The translations under genes and the position numbers were made by a program. From the NCBI GenBank assembly GCA_026025795.1, contig JAPEUG010000145.1, positions 1 to 36,985 of the forward strand: 36,985 bases of DNA, read 5' to 3'. Each line of letters begins with the position of its first letter. Position 1 is the first letter of the stretch. Source of the DNA: Thelocarpon superellum (Eukaryota). Of this stretch, positions 1 to 11,496 are shown in pieces. Under the pieces are notes generated by a model. The model searched no databases. It saw only the letters and a list, made by a program, of their open reading frames with translations, and was not told the DNA's origin.

Positions 1-166
1 GACTCCCCGTTCGGTGGCACGAACAAAGCATCGTGGTGCTGGACTCGGTCATGATCTCGCCCCCCTACGGCTCGGACGACTGTCGAGCGGCTAGTAAAGA
101 CACGAGTGCGCTGCAGCGGGTGAAGAAAGTGGTGCGTACACCAGTTCAGATCCACCCTCTCTCTTT

Positions 167-265
<99 letters not shown>

Positions 266-512
266 CCTTGTAGTCGCTGTAATGTTCACGACTGACTGGT
301 GCTAGTTGGAAATGGAGAAGAAGAAGCTCGCCGAACGACACAGTCACAGTAGCAGTGGCGGCGCCGCCACCACAGCAGCGAACAGACTCGCGTCTTCCGC
401 CTCGACGCCTGCTGTTCTTGCATCCACTACGAATTCCTCGTCCACTGCCGCTCCCGCTATCGCTGGGGGGAATGCTGCAGGGGCGGGGGGAGGAGCCCGG
501 AAAGGCGGGTAG
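1..512 (+). CDS. LSM12: LSM12-family (anticodon-binding AD domain) protein, 3' part only; exons <1..131 and 306..512
   Basis: Frame 3 reads LPVRWHEQSIVVLDSVMISPPYGSDDCRAASKDTSALQRVKKV; intron 132..305 (GTGCGT..ACTGAC..TAG) joins it to LEMEKKKL...ARKGG*. The RW-x3-IVVLD-x-VxIxPPY-x3-C motif is typical of the Lsm12 AD domain. Confidence 0.85.
171..260. repeat. (TC)45 microsatellite inside the LSM12 intron
   Basis: 90 bp of perfect TC dinucleotide repeat, read directly. Confidence 0.98.
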
Positions 513-732
513 TGCAGGGCAGATCGGGCCGAGAGGGCGGACAGGGCAGGGTAGGAATAGTCAGTCAGGGTGGAGTGGGTCAACCAGGGCGTGGGATGGG
601 ATGCGCGGAGGAAAAAAAGCGGGGGGGGAAAGGGACGGAGGAGGATAATCTGTCTGCACTGTCGTCCCTGTGCACTCCGTCTTCTGCAGACTGTACGATA
701 TGTGGGTATCATGCAAGCACCCGGTCCAGTAC

Positions 733-788
733 TACCAATACCAACACCAGGCCCGGTCCCAGTCCCAGTCCCAGTCCTAGCCCAGCCC
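733..788. repeat. Degenerate hexamer repeat (CCAGTC/CCAATA/CCAGC-type units) between convergent genes
   Basis: taccaataccaacaccaggcccggtcccagtcccagtcccagtcctagcccagccc. Confidence 0.7.
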
Positions 789-835
789 ATCTCACTCATT
801 GGATTCGTAGGTGTTTGGATGAAGAAAAATGAGTT

Positions 836-2801
836 TTATGGATCTACGCGCGACGCTGCAGATGGAACAGGCTGCGTATGTGCAGGTATGTGAGACGGAG
901 GAGAGGATGAGGCGCGAGAGGAAGCGGAAGAGGAGGGACCTTTCAGTAGGTCTGTCTCTTCTTCCCCTTCTTCTCCTTCCTCGTCCCTGCCCCCACTTAC
1001 TCCCTCTTCATCTTCCTCTTCCTCTTCCTCATCTCCCTCAAGACCTCGATATCCAATCCTTACTCCACCCACCTCATCATCTCCGTCCTCGGCCCGCTCC
1101 CCCTCCTCCTCCTCATCGTCGTCGTCGTCATGGACAACCTTGGCTTGGGCCTCGCTCCGCATCTTGTTGATCTTGATATAATTGTACGCGGCAATGGACG
1201 CGATGGTAACGAGCAGACCAGAGATATTGATCGGCGTCAGCGGATCGTGGAACACGATGCCGGCCGCGGAGATGGTGACGACTTCCTTGAAGATGCCGCA
1301 GATGGACAGCGTCACGACGGAGGTGCGTTGCAGTAGCGCGAACTCCGAGCTGGTCATCAGGAAGGCGAGCACGCCCGGGAAGATCAGGATGGAAATCCCC
1401 CCGAGCAGGCCCCGTGCCGCTGTCAGCTCGCGCACGCCTGTGCCAAGCGCCGAGAAGCCTTCGACGGGGATGGCGATCAGCAGGAGGCTCGCGAACATGA
1501 TGGGCGCCAGGAAGAAGATGCTGCTGAATGGGTTGGACGTCGCCGGGTTGCGGAGGAGGAGGATCTGCGTCAGGGCCCAGCGGAAGCCGGAGAAGAAGGC
1601 GGCGGAGATGACGAGAATGAAGCCGATGGCGTCGAATAGCGTTTCGCCCGCCACCATCATGATCACGCCCACCGTCATCGTCGTGATGATCAGTACAAGC
1701 TTGATCGAGGGCGTCTCGAGGTGGAAGATGAAGGCGAAGATAAGCACGAATGCTAGGGACGACGATTTGCACATGGCTAGAAGAGGGTGAGCCATGATGG
1801 ACAGGACCAGCATGAGGGGAGGCAGAGACGTACTGTAAAATGTCAACGTGATATATTTCAGCGACATATTCCCCAATCCAATGTCCAGCCCCGTCGCCGC
1901 GCCGCAAGGCCCGATCCGTGTCAGGTAGAACATCCGCGTCATGAGCGGTTGGTGTCGATCGGCAGTCGAGCGGTGGACGTCGCCACTGCTCGGCTTGCTG
2001 ATCGAGTCATGTCGTGGCCGGAAACGAGGCACGAGGTAAAGCACCAGCGAGGCCAGCGAGAACTGGACTAGCATGTGCATGGACGTGGTAAAGAGGGGAA
2101 AGTGGAAGTCGAGGTGGTCGCGGGAGAACATCCATTTGTTGTACTGGATCTGGTCAGCCGTGGTACGAGGGGTCATAGACGCATGCTGGCTTACGATGGA
2201 GATGGACAACGAGAATAAGTACCTAACGCCCAGAGGTCAGCTCGCTGCGGGCACATGGACGAGAATGAAGGTCATACCAGAGTCCAATCAGCACCGCATT
2301 GACGAGGGATCGTTGCAACACGCTTCGGTTGGCCAACGATTGCTCGACCGGTGAGAGCTTGACGTCTCCACTGATCCGATGGTCCAACATCGTCTGCCGC
2401 CGCTTCCGCCTTCGCCGTCTTCGTCGCTCTCTAGCATTGAGACCCGTCTCTTCATCATCGTCCAGTTCATCGTCAGACACGAAATTGGTCATCTCGAGGT
2501 CTTCGCTTGTCGTCGGCGATGAAGTACGTGAGGTCGAGGCCGCCTCACGCACGTGGTGGTCCGCGTCATCTTTGCTGTTCCGCCGAGCCTTTCTCGACCG
2601 ATGGTACGATGGTCCTGGACTATCGCGACGGGCACCATTGCCGGCAACAGCACCGTTCATCAACGAGCTCCTGCGGCGCCGGTGTTCTTGCGAAGCGGCG
2701 CCGATGATGGAGCTCGTGGGGATCGCGGATCCCCGTACGACGAGGTCAGAGGTGGGAATCCCCTGTGTCCGGACGGTATCGGACGAGAAGGTAGGGTCCA
2801 T
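836..2801 (-). CDS. Nucleotide-sugar/TPT-family transporter (SLC35C2/YMD8-like); exons 2801..2278, 2222..2195, 2143..1834, 1776..836
   Basis: Three GT-AG introns (2277..2223, 2194..2144, 1833..1777) give ...LIGLWYLFSLSISIYNKWMF...FPLFTTSMHMLVQF...[31 protein letters not shown]...GIFKEVVTI; many TM helices and an acidic C-terminal tail. Confidence 0.92.
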
Positions 2802-4560
2802 CAACGACCCTAGAGAGGGGGGGCGATGGGGGAACGTGAGGGGACTAGGGTCGACGGGCCCTGTGTCGCGTCAGCTCCTGTCTCCAAAGTCACACCGTTC
2901 CGTTCGGTCAACTCACATTTACATCGTAAGGAAGAGAGGTCCCTGGCGTCGCTCGAGCATGAAAGACTGGCCGCGCACTGCAGGCTCCGACCAAGCAGCT
3001 CGCCAACGTGGTGGTCGACGACGGGGAAGAGGAATCACGTTACCTCGGGGGCTTCGCGGCTCTGGGGGCAGGGGTACGATTACACTTCTGGCTAGGTGGA
3101 CGAAACATACTGGGACCGCCGAATCTTGGTGTCGGTAGGGGGCGCCACATCCTACGTGCTGCAATCCTTAGCCAGCTGTTGGGCACCGGGAAGTTGGGTC
3201 TGTCAACACCACGAGCTCTCTGGAAGCGTATGTGTAGACCATCTCTGTCAGGACGACGACGACGACGAAGTGTAGAGCTAGGCAGAATCAATCGACGTCG
3301 TCGACTGGCTAGGATATCATGACGCAAGAGGGGTTTAAGCCCATCGCCGACTCCGTCGCGATTCTCGAGTTGAACACCCCACTTCCACGCACTATGCCAC
3401 TGGATCGACGGTGATATCCCATTGGCCTTCTTTAGGTTTCAATCCACTCGGACCTCCTCTTCCCTCAATCTCCTTTACCTTCGACTGTGGCCGCAACTGT
3501 TGCTTGCGCGAAGTTGACGTGTGCTGGATTGTGCCCCTGCAACGGGTCGCTGGAATACCGGGTCAGGACAGTCAACTTTTGCACCAAGACCTTGCATTAC
3601 CGCGCACCTACGGCGAGCAGGTGGTGGATGTGACGAAGCCCGAAACACCGTAGGATTATGCAACTGGCGCTTCACAGCCATGACGGGAGGCACAAGAGAC
3701 AGCAATTGGCAAGCGAGTTCTCATACTCGTACACGACGTTTGCTAGTGGCAATCCTCTATAGTAGTCGCTGGAAGAACCATTGACATAACTGCGTTGTAC
3801 GACACATGGCATCCACATTCTTCTGCCTCTACCAAATCCCACTTGTTGTTCATGTCTTCCATGCCTCCCATGACCGAAACATGTTCCTGTCATGCGACAT
3901 GCTCCTGCCATGCGTTCCTTCACAGCGCATGACTCGAAGCAAAGTGAAGCAGGCCTTGGAACATCTGCACATCTATGAAAGCCCTCGCAATACCGGTCGC
4001 CAGAGCGAAATACTTAGTAAGTTGCCTCTGACCATTCTTGCGTCTCTTTTTTCCGATATCCACCATTCCATAGCATCCGTCCGACTTATCTTCCTTCCTG
4101 CCCCTGGCCAAAACGATTCATCACAGCCCCAAGCACCTTGCCCTCTTGGCAGCCTTGACCAGGTCGACTGTTGTTGGATCGAGTCGACTTGACTCCTGTA
4201 ACGTAGAGCCCCATACCCAACGATGAAGCGCCTGTCGTCAAACTACCCTCGACTCAGAATCATGGACATGGCAGTTTTCGACCTGACCAGCGGCTGGGAG
4301 CGCGGAGTAAGGAGGCGCCAGGCGAACGCGAGAGATTGAAAAGCACTTCGGTCGCATTTACTTCGTTGCATTAGCACCGTCAGAGCAGTAGAGCACAAAC
4401 GGCCCGAGCGCACGTCGCATCATAGAAAGACAACGATAGCCATGTTGTGTTTGTCCGAGCAAAGAGACACTAAAAATACATTGTCCTCATGTCCCGGCGC
4501 CTTGACCATTCTCCGAGCCGTGCCCCTGCCCGTCCAAGCCACCCCCTCATCGTCTCCTCC

Positions 4561-5979
4561 CTATACCAAGGCCGCGTGGCTGTCGGCCTCGCTGACGGGA
4601 TAGGGCGTCGCTTGCGTGCCGCTGCTTCCGCTGACCGCCCGACCCGAGGGAGAATCATTGTATTGGCCTTTCCGATGGGCCGGATGAATCTCGTCGTCGC
4701 CCGAGGCGCCGTAAAGATTGTCCGTGCTGGCGGTGCCGCCAAACTGACTTCCGCCATGGGCGGCCGAGGTCAGCTGCGGCGGTGTACCTTGTCTGAATCC
4801 TGCCTGCCCGTTGGCGCCATCGCCCGCCGGCATCAAGTTCTTCTGCAGCCCGGCGGAGCTGGGCACGGGCTCGAGCGACGCCTGCCACTGACGGAGCTCA
4901 TCTTCGGCATCGTTGAGAATCTGCCGAGCCGGGAGCGCGCCGTCGAAGCTGGGTCGTGCGTCACCCGGAACCATGGGCGTGTCGTCCAGAAGATTCAGAA
5001 GCCGTCGACCGTGGCGGGCGAGGATGACTTGCTTCTCCGCCCGTTCGATCACCGCGGCGAAGTGGATGTCATAGGCTTCCTTGAGCTTTTGGCGCGTCTG
5101 TACCCACAAGTCAGGATTGCATCAGCGTGAAGACACGGCTGTCACGTACAATATTGGTCAGTTGCGCTTCCGCCACCAAGTTCTCCGCTTCAGCCCGCAC
5201 CAACTCCTGCTCGAGCTGGGCCATCTTAACATTTTGCGGGTCCTTGTACTTCAGCTTCTGCAGCTCGTCCGACACCTTGGCCTTGTGATCACGGCTGGGT
5301 TGCACGGAGCTCTCGGTGTTGCGAATTTGCTTCAGCGTGCTTCGATACTCCTCCAGGTTCTCGGCGAAGTTGTTTTCCTGCTCGCCCAGCTCCGACAGGA
5401 GCACCCCGAGCTTGTCCGAGATCTCCGACACGGACTCATCGCCCGTCGATTCCCCCCACTCCGACAGTTGCGTCGCCACAGACGCCCGCTCGCGGCTGGC
5501 ATTCTCATAGGAGCCGATGACATGGTTCTCGCTTTTGATCAGCTTGAACAGCTTTTTGCTCAGCTCCGGCTGCTGCAGCCCACGGAGCGTCGCCATGGTG
5601 AAGCGATGCTTCGGTGGGCCCGCCGCCGCAGCCCCGCCCGAGTTGGCATTCTTTTCTTTGTTCGACCGGACGGAGAGTGAACGATTCCTAGGACGAATCG
5701 GCAAGATGTTTAGCGACATGGACCGTGCAGGAGGAGACGGCTTTCGGGAGGAATAGGGCGGAGGGTAGGGTGGTAGAGGCATCGGCTTGATCGCCATGAT
5801 GTCGAATCGAGAGTAGAGCTCTGACGAGGGAATGAATCGGGGGTACAGGGAAAGATATCGTCTGCCAGCAGACGCTGACGCAACTAAAGCAGGTCTTGCG
5901 AGGCGGAGAAGTGCGGATTGAGTGTAGAAGGGCAGCAAGCGGTAGGCAGCATGAAAGGCGATCCACGACCAGCTTACAT
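4561..5979 (-). CDS. pilB: Eisosome BAR-domain protein of the Pil1/Lsp1 family (PilB type); exons 5979..5978, 5687..5150, 5097..4561
   Basis: QLSEWGESTGDESVSEISDKLGVLL, LKQIRNTESSVQPSR, LEQELVRAEAENLVAEAQLTNI|TRQKLKEAY are Pil1-family hallmarks; intron 5149..5098. Start modelled as AT|GTAAGC..TAG|G giving MNRSLSVRS (less certain than the rest). Confidence 0.9.
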
Positions 5980-7671
5980 TGCGAAGATTGTCCGTGAAGA
6001 TGACCTTTTTTATATCTACCCAACTATTGTTAGCCACAGATGTCCTGAAACCAGCGGATCTTGAGACCCAGAAGTGTCGCCAATCAAGAGAGACGCAGCG
6101 GTAGAGGACCGCGGGAGAACGCGTCTCCCGGGCTGAGAGTGCTAATTACGGACCTCAGGTAGGATAGCAAGTGTGTGAAACCGTGGTCAACAGGTTGAGC
6201 GTTGACGGTAATCCCGAGTATTCCGTCTTGAACGGATGAAACTGAAAGTGCCGATGCCCTGTCGTGGGCCTGCTGCACCACATATATCACCGAGGGACTG
6301 ACTGGCTGCCGGAGTGCCCCACGCATCATCAGGCGCCCGGGGGCCGCGCTAATGATGTCATCTTGGGGTCCCCTCCAATCGTTCAGGCCAGCATCGTTCC
6401 GGTTAGACTAACATTACACACAAGGCCGACCGAAAATACGTCCGGCACCGCGTGACGCCTGAGGAGTATGGCTAGCGAGGACCGATTGCCCCAGTACCTC
6501 GTTTACCGTGCAAGTCCAATGGCTACTGGCGCTTCGACCGTAGAAAAGTTGATCGTTACCAGTGGCTTCATCCGTGGTCCATGTGGGCGTACATCCGTGG
6601 TTGCTGTTCTCAACAGCTGGCCTGAGTAACTGCTCGCGTTGCCTGGTAACTTATAATCCTCCTTGCCTGACCCCCCAACCTCTGCCGCTCGGCGCCTTAC
6701 CCGCTCGAGCACTCCTCTGCGTCCGCACACAACCCATCGTTCCAAACGCTCCAGGCCCGGCAACGGCCTCATCACAGCAGAGATGCTGCATTCATTGTGT
6801 GGCGTGATCAGGCCATCGGTGCTCTCGAATGATCGTCCGCAAGTGGCGAGGTAACGGATGTCGTCGTACACCACTTTCGTCCTCTGCTGTCCTAGATGAG
6901 GGAAGATTGCATGTCAAGTTTCGGCCTACAAAACACCGTGCGTGCAAATTCTGCCGCTGAAGAAAACGCAGGCAGTAGTCCGCTCGAAGTTGTCCCATTC
7001 GAGCCTTGTAAATCTCCAGCACGAGCGTCGATTCAGAGAGAAGGCGAATGACCATTTCGTCGTGGGCCTGAATCAAGCGAGCTCCTGGCCGCACGAAAAG
7101 GTGCTGGACGAGTCTCCGCGCGCGCCCCTTCATCTTCGTAGATTGGTGGATACTGACAATCATGCCTAGCCACCCAGAGGCTAGATCGGGTGAGAGTGAA
7201 GGGAGCTTGGGGCATGGAGCCGGGAGCTTTCGGGGCCTTGGGGGGTCTACCCCTACTTGTTTGTTCGATGACCGCTCTCATCTGCCACTTCAGACTGGTG
7301 GAAGAAATTGTCATGAGCATCGAAAGGATCACGGCCTGCAGCTGTCCTGATCACGGTCCATGAAATAGTAGATGAGGTCGCCGATTTGGCCTTTCTCTTC
7401 GGGACTAGGAGATGGAGAAAGTTGGAGGAGAGTTCGAGGCGCCTAATCATCCTCTCCCATCAAGATCGGATCCAATAGAAATGCCCGTGCAAGTTATCAC
7501 AGCAATCGACCAACAAGACCCTCAGGCCGCGCGAAAACCTTCGTAGCTTGAAACCTACTGTTGCACATAGTATTCGATGCGATCAAGTCTACGGAACGAA
7601 GTCCCGCAACGCCCGGGCCATTGAAATCTCCGCTACATCCAAGAAGTCATCCGACTCGAGTGATGAATTGT

Positions 7672-8786
7672 TCAGACCACCGTCCATGCGTCGTGCGTCC
7701 GCCCTGCGGAAGGCGGCCCCGCTTGTAGGGGCGATCGCTGCGGAGCCGGAGCAACGCCAGTCTGCTGCCCTCCAGCGTAGGGCGAATACGCCGTGTAAGG
7801 TGCGGGCGCGGGGCCTGGCGCTGGAGCCGGCGCCGGCGCAGTTGCATACGCATGGCTTCCATTCGGCGCCGAGGAGTAGGGAGCTGAGGGCTGGGCCCTG
7901 TAGCCTCCAGGAGGAGAAGACTGAGATGGGTTTCCCCCGGGAGACGGGTTCGGACCGGCGTATCCAAGTCCCGGAGAATGGCTAGTGTATCCCGTAGGTG
8001 GAGCCTGGCTTGGATATCCTCCTGACGCCGAGGACTGGTTGGGATACGCGGCTAGCTCGTGGTGGGCAGGCGGTGGCGATGTGGGCTGGTGATAGCCCGA
8101 CTCCGAGTAGGCGCCGCTGCCGTAAGGTACCTGCTGCAGCGCCGGCCGTTGCGGCTGCGCTTGGGGCGACGAAGGCTGGCTGGGGCGCGCCTCGGCCGCT
8201 GCAACGCCCGCTGGATTCAGTGGGTTCATCTCCACGTCTTCTTGAGCCTCTGCGTGCTCATCCAGCACCTTGCGTTTCTGTGCCGTCTCCCAGCTCGGCA
8301 TGGGAGGCAGAGCATCTTCATTGACCGGCGGTTTCCGGCCGCCCGCGTCGAATTGTGCAAACTGTGGTGGCTCGTAGAAGGGCTGCTGCGGCGCCGGTTG
8401 ATATCCGCCGTACGCTCCCGCGCCACCGTATGCCCCTGGCATTGGGGGAGGGTCATTATTTTTGGGACCGCGTCGTCCTGGACAGCATCCACAACAGGAC
8501 AAGGCGCATCCACAGCAGCGGATACAACAGAATAGGATCCCAAGCAGCGTGAGGACCCCGACGACGATACCAATTATCGCAGGCCATCTGAGGACGCGGG
8601 CGGTCAGCGAACTGCGACTGGTGCGGGCAAGGGAGGGAGAGGGAAGGCGTCGACTCACTTGCAGTATGCCTTGGTCATGCACGTATCCCAGCTTGAGAAG
8701 GTATGAGGGACATTCTCGACGCCCTGCACATCGTTGGCGATGTCTGGTATCCGTCGCAAGAGCATGGCCGCGGTTGCCGAGGCCAT
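7672..8786 (-). CDS. Conserved fungal single-TM protein with Cys-rich juxtamembrane segment and Pro/Gly/Tyr-rich tail (often labelled fibroin-3-related); exons 8786..8659, 8587..7672
   Basis: MASATAAMLLRR...TFSSWDTCMTKAYCK|WPAIIGIVVGVLTLLGILFCCIRCCGCALSCCGCC...PQFAQFD...NEDALPPMPSWE; intron 8658..8588 (GTGAGT..CTGAC..CAG). Confidence 0.85.
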
Positions 8787-9733
8787 GATTTCGTAGAATG
8801 GCCTTCGGCCCAGAGTCCGTACGTTCAAGGCTGATGTGCTCGATTGTGCGGCCAGTGAAGGTCAACTGGTCTGCTGTCAAGTGCTTTCGCGCGGGTGCCG
8901 AAAGTCTGCCCCACCCAGATTCGAGTTGGTGCGCGTTTCACTGGGCATCCAAAGATGATGACGAATTTGAAGAGACGAATCTGAAGTCGTTCAATCGCCA
9001 CCAGAAAATGACATTCCAAAGGGGCTCTGCTGGTGCTCGCGCGCGAGCCTGGACGGAGGCGCAGCGGGCCAGCCCAGGCCGCCTGACGGTACGGCCAGGG
9101 GGGTGTAGTTGGGGCTTAGCTCATGTTTCAGGTGCGACCGGACACCTACCGCGCAAGTATAGGAGGCCGACAGTAGTAGCTGTTCTGCCCTACACCTCGG
9201 CACATTGACGACTCAGCAGCTGGGTGAGAAGCCAAGATCGGCCTCGCTCTGATGGTCGATCCGTTTCTGCAGTGGCGAGGCCATTGAGCACGTTGATCTC
9301 CAGCGAACCAGCTCCTTGAAGCTTTCTCTCCGGGTACAATCTATGCACCAAACAACCTGATTATCTCCTCCGTCAAATGATTAAGATTCAGTCCGTCGTC
9401 TCGCAACCTAACAGCTATTCTGGTTGCGAAGGCTCTCTCTCCAGGATCAAGTGCTGGGCTCGCATCAACACTCATCACCATGCGAGAGTCCACGATTTAT
9501 TCGGCAGTGATCCGGTGGGGGAGGTCCATTGCGTGGCCGTGCCCCGTCGCGTAGCGACAGACAGCATGTCCACTTGAAGAACGCTGTCAGATTGATTGCA
9601 TGTACTATGTCCAACCTCGTGCCGATCGTCATGAAACAGTACCCCAATGACCAATGACCTCAATTCTTCCCCACGCGCCGCCCTCGAGCGCTCGAGCCTA
9701 CGAGCCCTACGACATCATGGTCGAGCAGCCCAC

Positions 9734-10468
9734 TTATCGAATGAAGCCATCCTTTCCTGGCGGTGGACCAGATGGCGCTTGGTAGACCGGGTCCCCGCCT
9801 TTGGCCGGCACATAGGCATTCGGAGGGTTCGCCAGTTCGATGCCGTGTTCCTGGCCATCGTAACCCTCACGCGCACCACCCGCCGGAGCACCGTAGTAGG
9901 TGTTGTTCGGCGCGACACCGTACCCAGGACCGCCGCTACCCTGGTAGCCAGATTGGCCCCCCTGGTATCCTGGTTGGCCCCCCTGGTATCCTTGTTGGCC
10001 ACCTTGATACGGCTGTTGGTATCCCTGAGGAGTGCCCTGTTTGGCCGCGAGCCAACCCGTTCCGTAATACGGATGGAGGCCACGGCGGCGACGACGGCGC
10101 GACGAGAAACATCTATCGAGGTAAGCTTCAAGAGTACGCGGGAAGCCACTCCGGGCGTGGGTTCACGTACGAGAGGACGAAGAGGAGGATCAAGACCACC
10201 ACAACGATCACCGCAAGCACGACCCATCGACCCCATGTGTTGAACGGGCTGTTATAATAGCAATGATCATTGTAAATGCTGCTTCACGTCAGTATGGTCG
10301 CGCCATGATGACCCCGGAACGCGCGTCCATTGACCAGGTAGTCAAAGTGAATGGAAGATGACGTACGAGTTGCTATAGCCGCAACTACGAGTCAAGGCCT
10401 GGTCAGTCAAAATAACGAAGATCGAGGTGGCCATCTTACTTGTAATTGATTTGTCGTGGGAGAATCAT
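9734..10468 (-). CDS. RCR-family (chitin synthesis regulation/Congo red resistance) single-TM protein; exons 10468..10440, 10384..10367, 10278..10171, 10112..9734
   Basis: Spliced product MILPRQINYNCGYSNSIYNDHCYYNSPFNTWGRWVVLAVIVVVVLILLFVLSCFSSRRRRRRGLHPYYGTGWLA...YQAPSGPPPGKDGFIR*. WGRW-TM-RRRR-G-x-x-P-x-YGTGW is the RCR signature; three canonical introns, all phases consistent. Confidence 0.88.
9938..10009 (-). repeat. 21-nt coding tandem repeat (about 3.5 copies) encoding YQGGQxG
   Basis: YQGGQQG YQGGQPG YQGGQSG YQG in RCR exon 4. Confidence 0.85.
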
Positions 10469-11496
10469 GTTGATGGGCGGAAGCCGATCCAGTTGTGAGG
10501 AAAAGCAGACGCACTGACTTGCGGTAATCAGGATCGAGAGAGTTGAGCGGTGTAAAGAAGAGTAGACGTGACGGACAAAGCGGGCAGTGCCAGGAGGGCG
10601 AGACGCGTGCGCGGCGGTGTCATGATGTAGTCGTCGCAAGAGCCGACTATTTGTACCTAGTGACTAAAGTCCCTGCCGCCGCCTTGGATTGGGGCTGTCG
10701 ACGGTGCTGGCCGCGAGCAAAAGTCTCCTCGCAACGCCTGTTGTTCGCTACTCGTACTGGTACTGCTCCCTTCCGGCGCGGCTAGCGGCACCACCAGCTC
10801 TTGGCTGCTGAAGTGGCGCCCGAGGTCTTGACTGCAGCGGAGTGAATTCCAGCGATGCTCGATGACGGAAGCGACCATGCACTAGCCGCTTTCGTGGACC
10901 AGTTGAGGCTGCGCCCCCAGGGGGAACTCACCACCACTGTTAGTAACATTAGCCTGTTATCTCCCCTGGCTAGCTACGACAAACAGCTATGAAAGACGGG
11001 CTGCTTGTCCCTGGGTTGAGACAGATCCGTCATGACAGATCACGAACGCCACTCTTGTGATCAGTTGCCTGGCTACAGGTGTAATAACAGCTCAAGTGAC
11101 GATGGATAGGAGCTGTTCGGTGAAAGCGTGTGGATGACATTCATAGGTAACCGGCCGTTGTACAGGAAGGCAACGCCAAATGACCAGGGCTCCTGAGTAG
11201 CGATGATGCTGCATACTTCAGCAGACTATGCCAAGCCGTTTCCTTGTCGCTTCAGAGAATCTGTGGACCTCAATGCATAAGTAAGGAAGCATCTCCAAAT
11301 CTCGTACGGTGCCGGCCGACGATCCAGTGAGGCTATTCAGGTACGTATTCATATGTGCGGGGAAAGGGCCCAGTCGTAGACAGCCTTGCCTTGCTCTGCC
11401 CCAGACCGCGACATTCCATCCCCGCTCACATCTCTCCATTACCTAACCGTATTCCTCATCATTATCTCCTCCGTGATCAAGACTCGCTGGCTCACC

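Noticed and set aside
3400..4300. ORFs up to 128 aa between the transporter and PilB
   Set aside because: No recognisable motif or consistent splice model.
6500..7500. Minus-strand ORFs of 99-123 aa upstream of PilB
   Set aside because: No family motif and no coherent exon chain; cannot be supported from sequence alone.
9647..10257. Three overlapping 164-198 aa ORFs in the track
   Set aside because: Wrong-frame or antisense shadows of the spliced RCR gene.
10938..11089. TGTTA...TAACA-bounded 152-bp segment as a solo LTR
   Set aside because: No TSD (ACCAC/GCTCA), single copy, very short terminal match.
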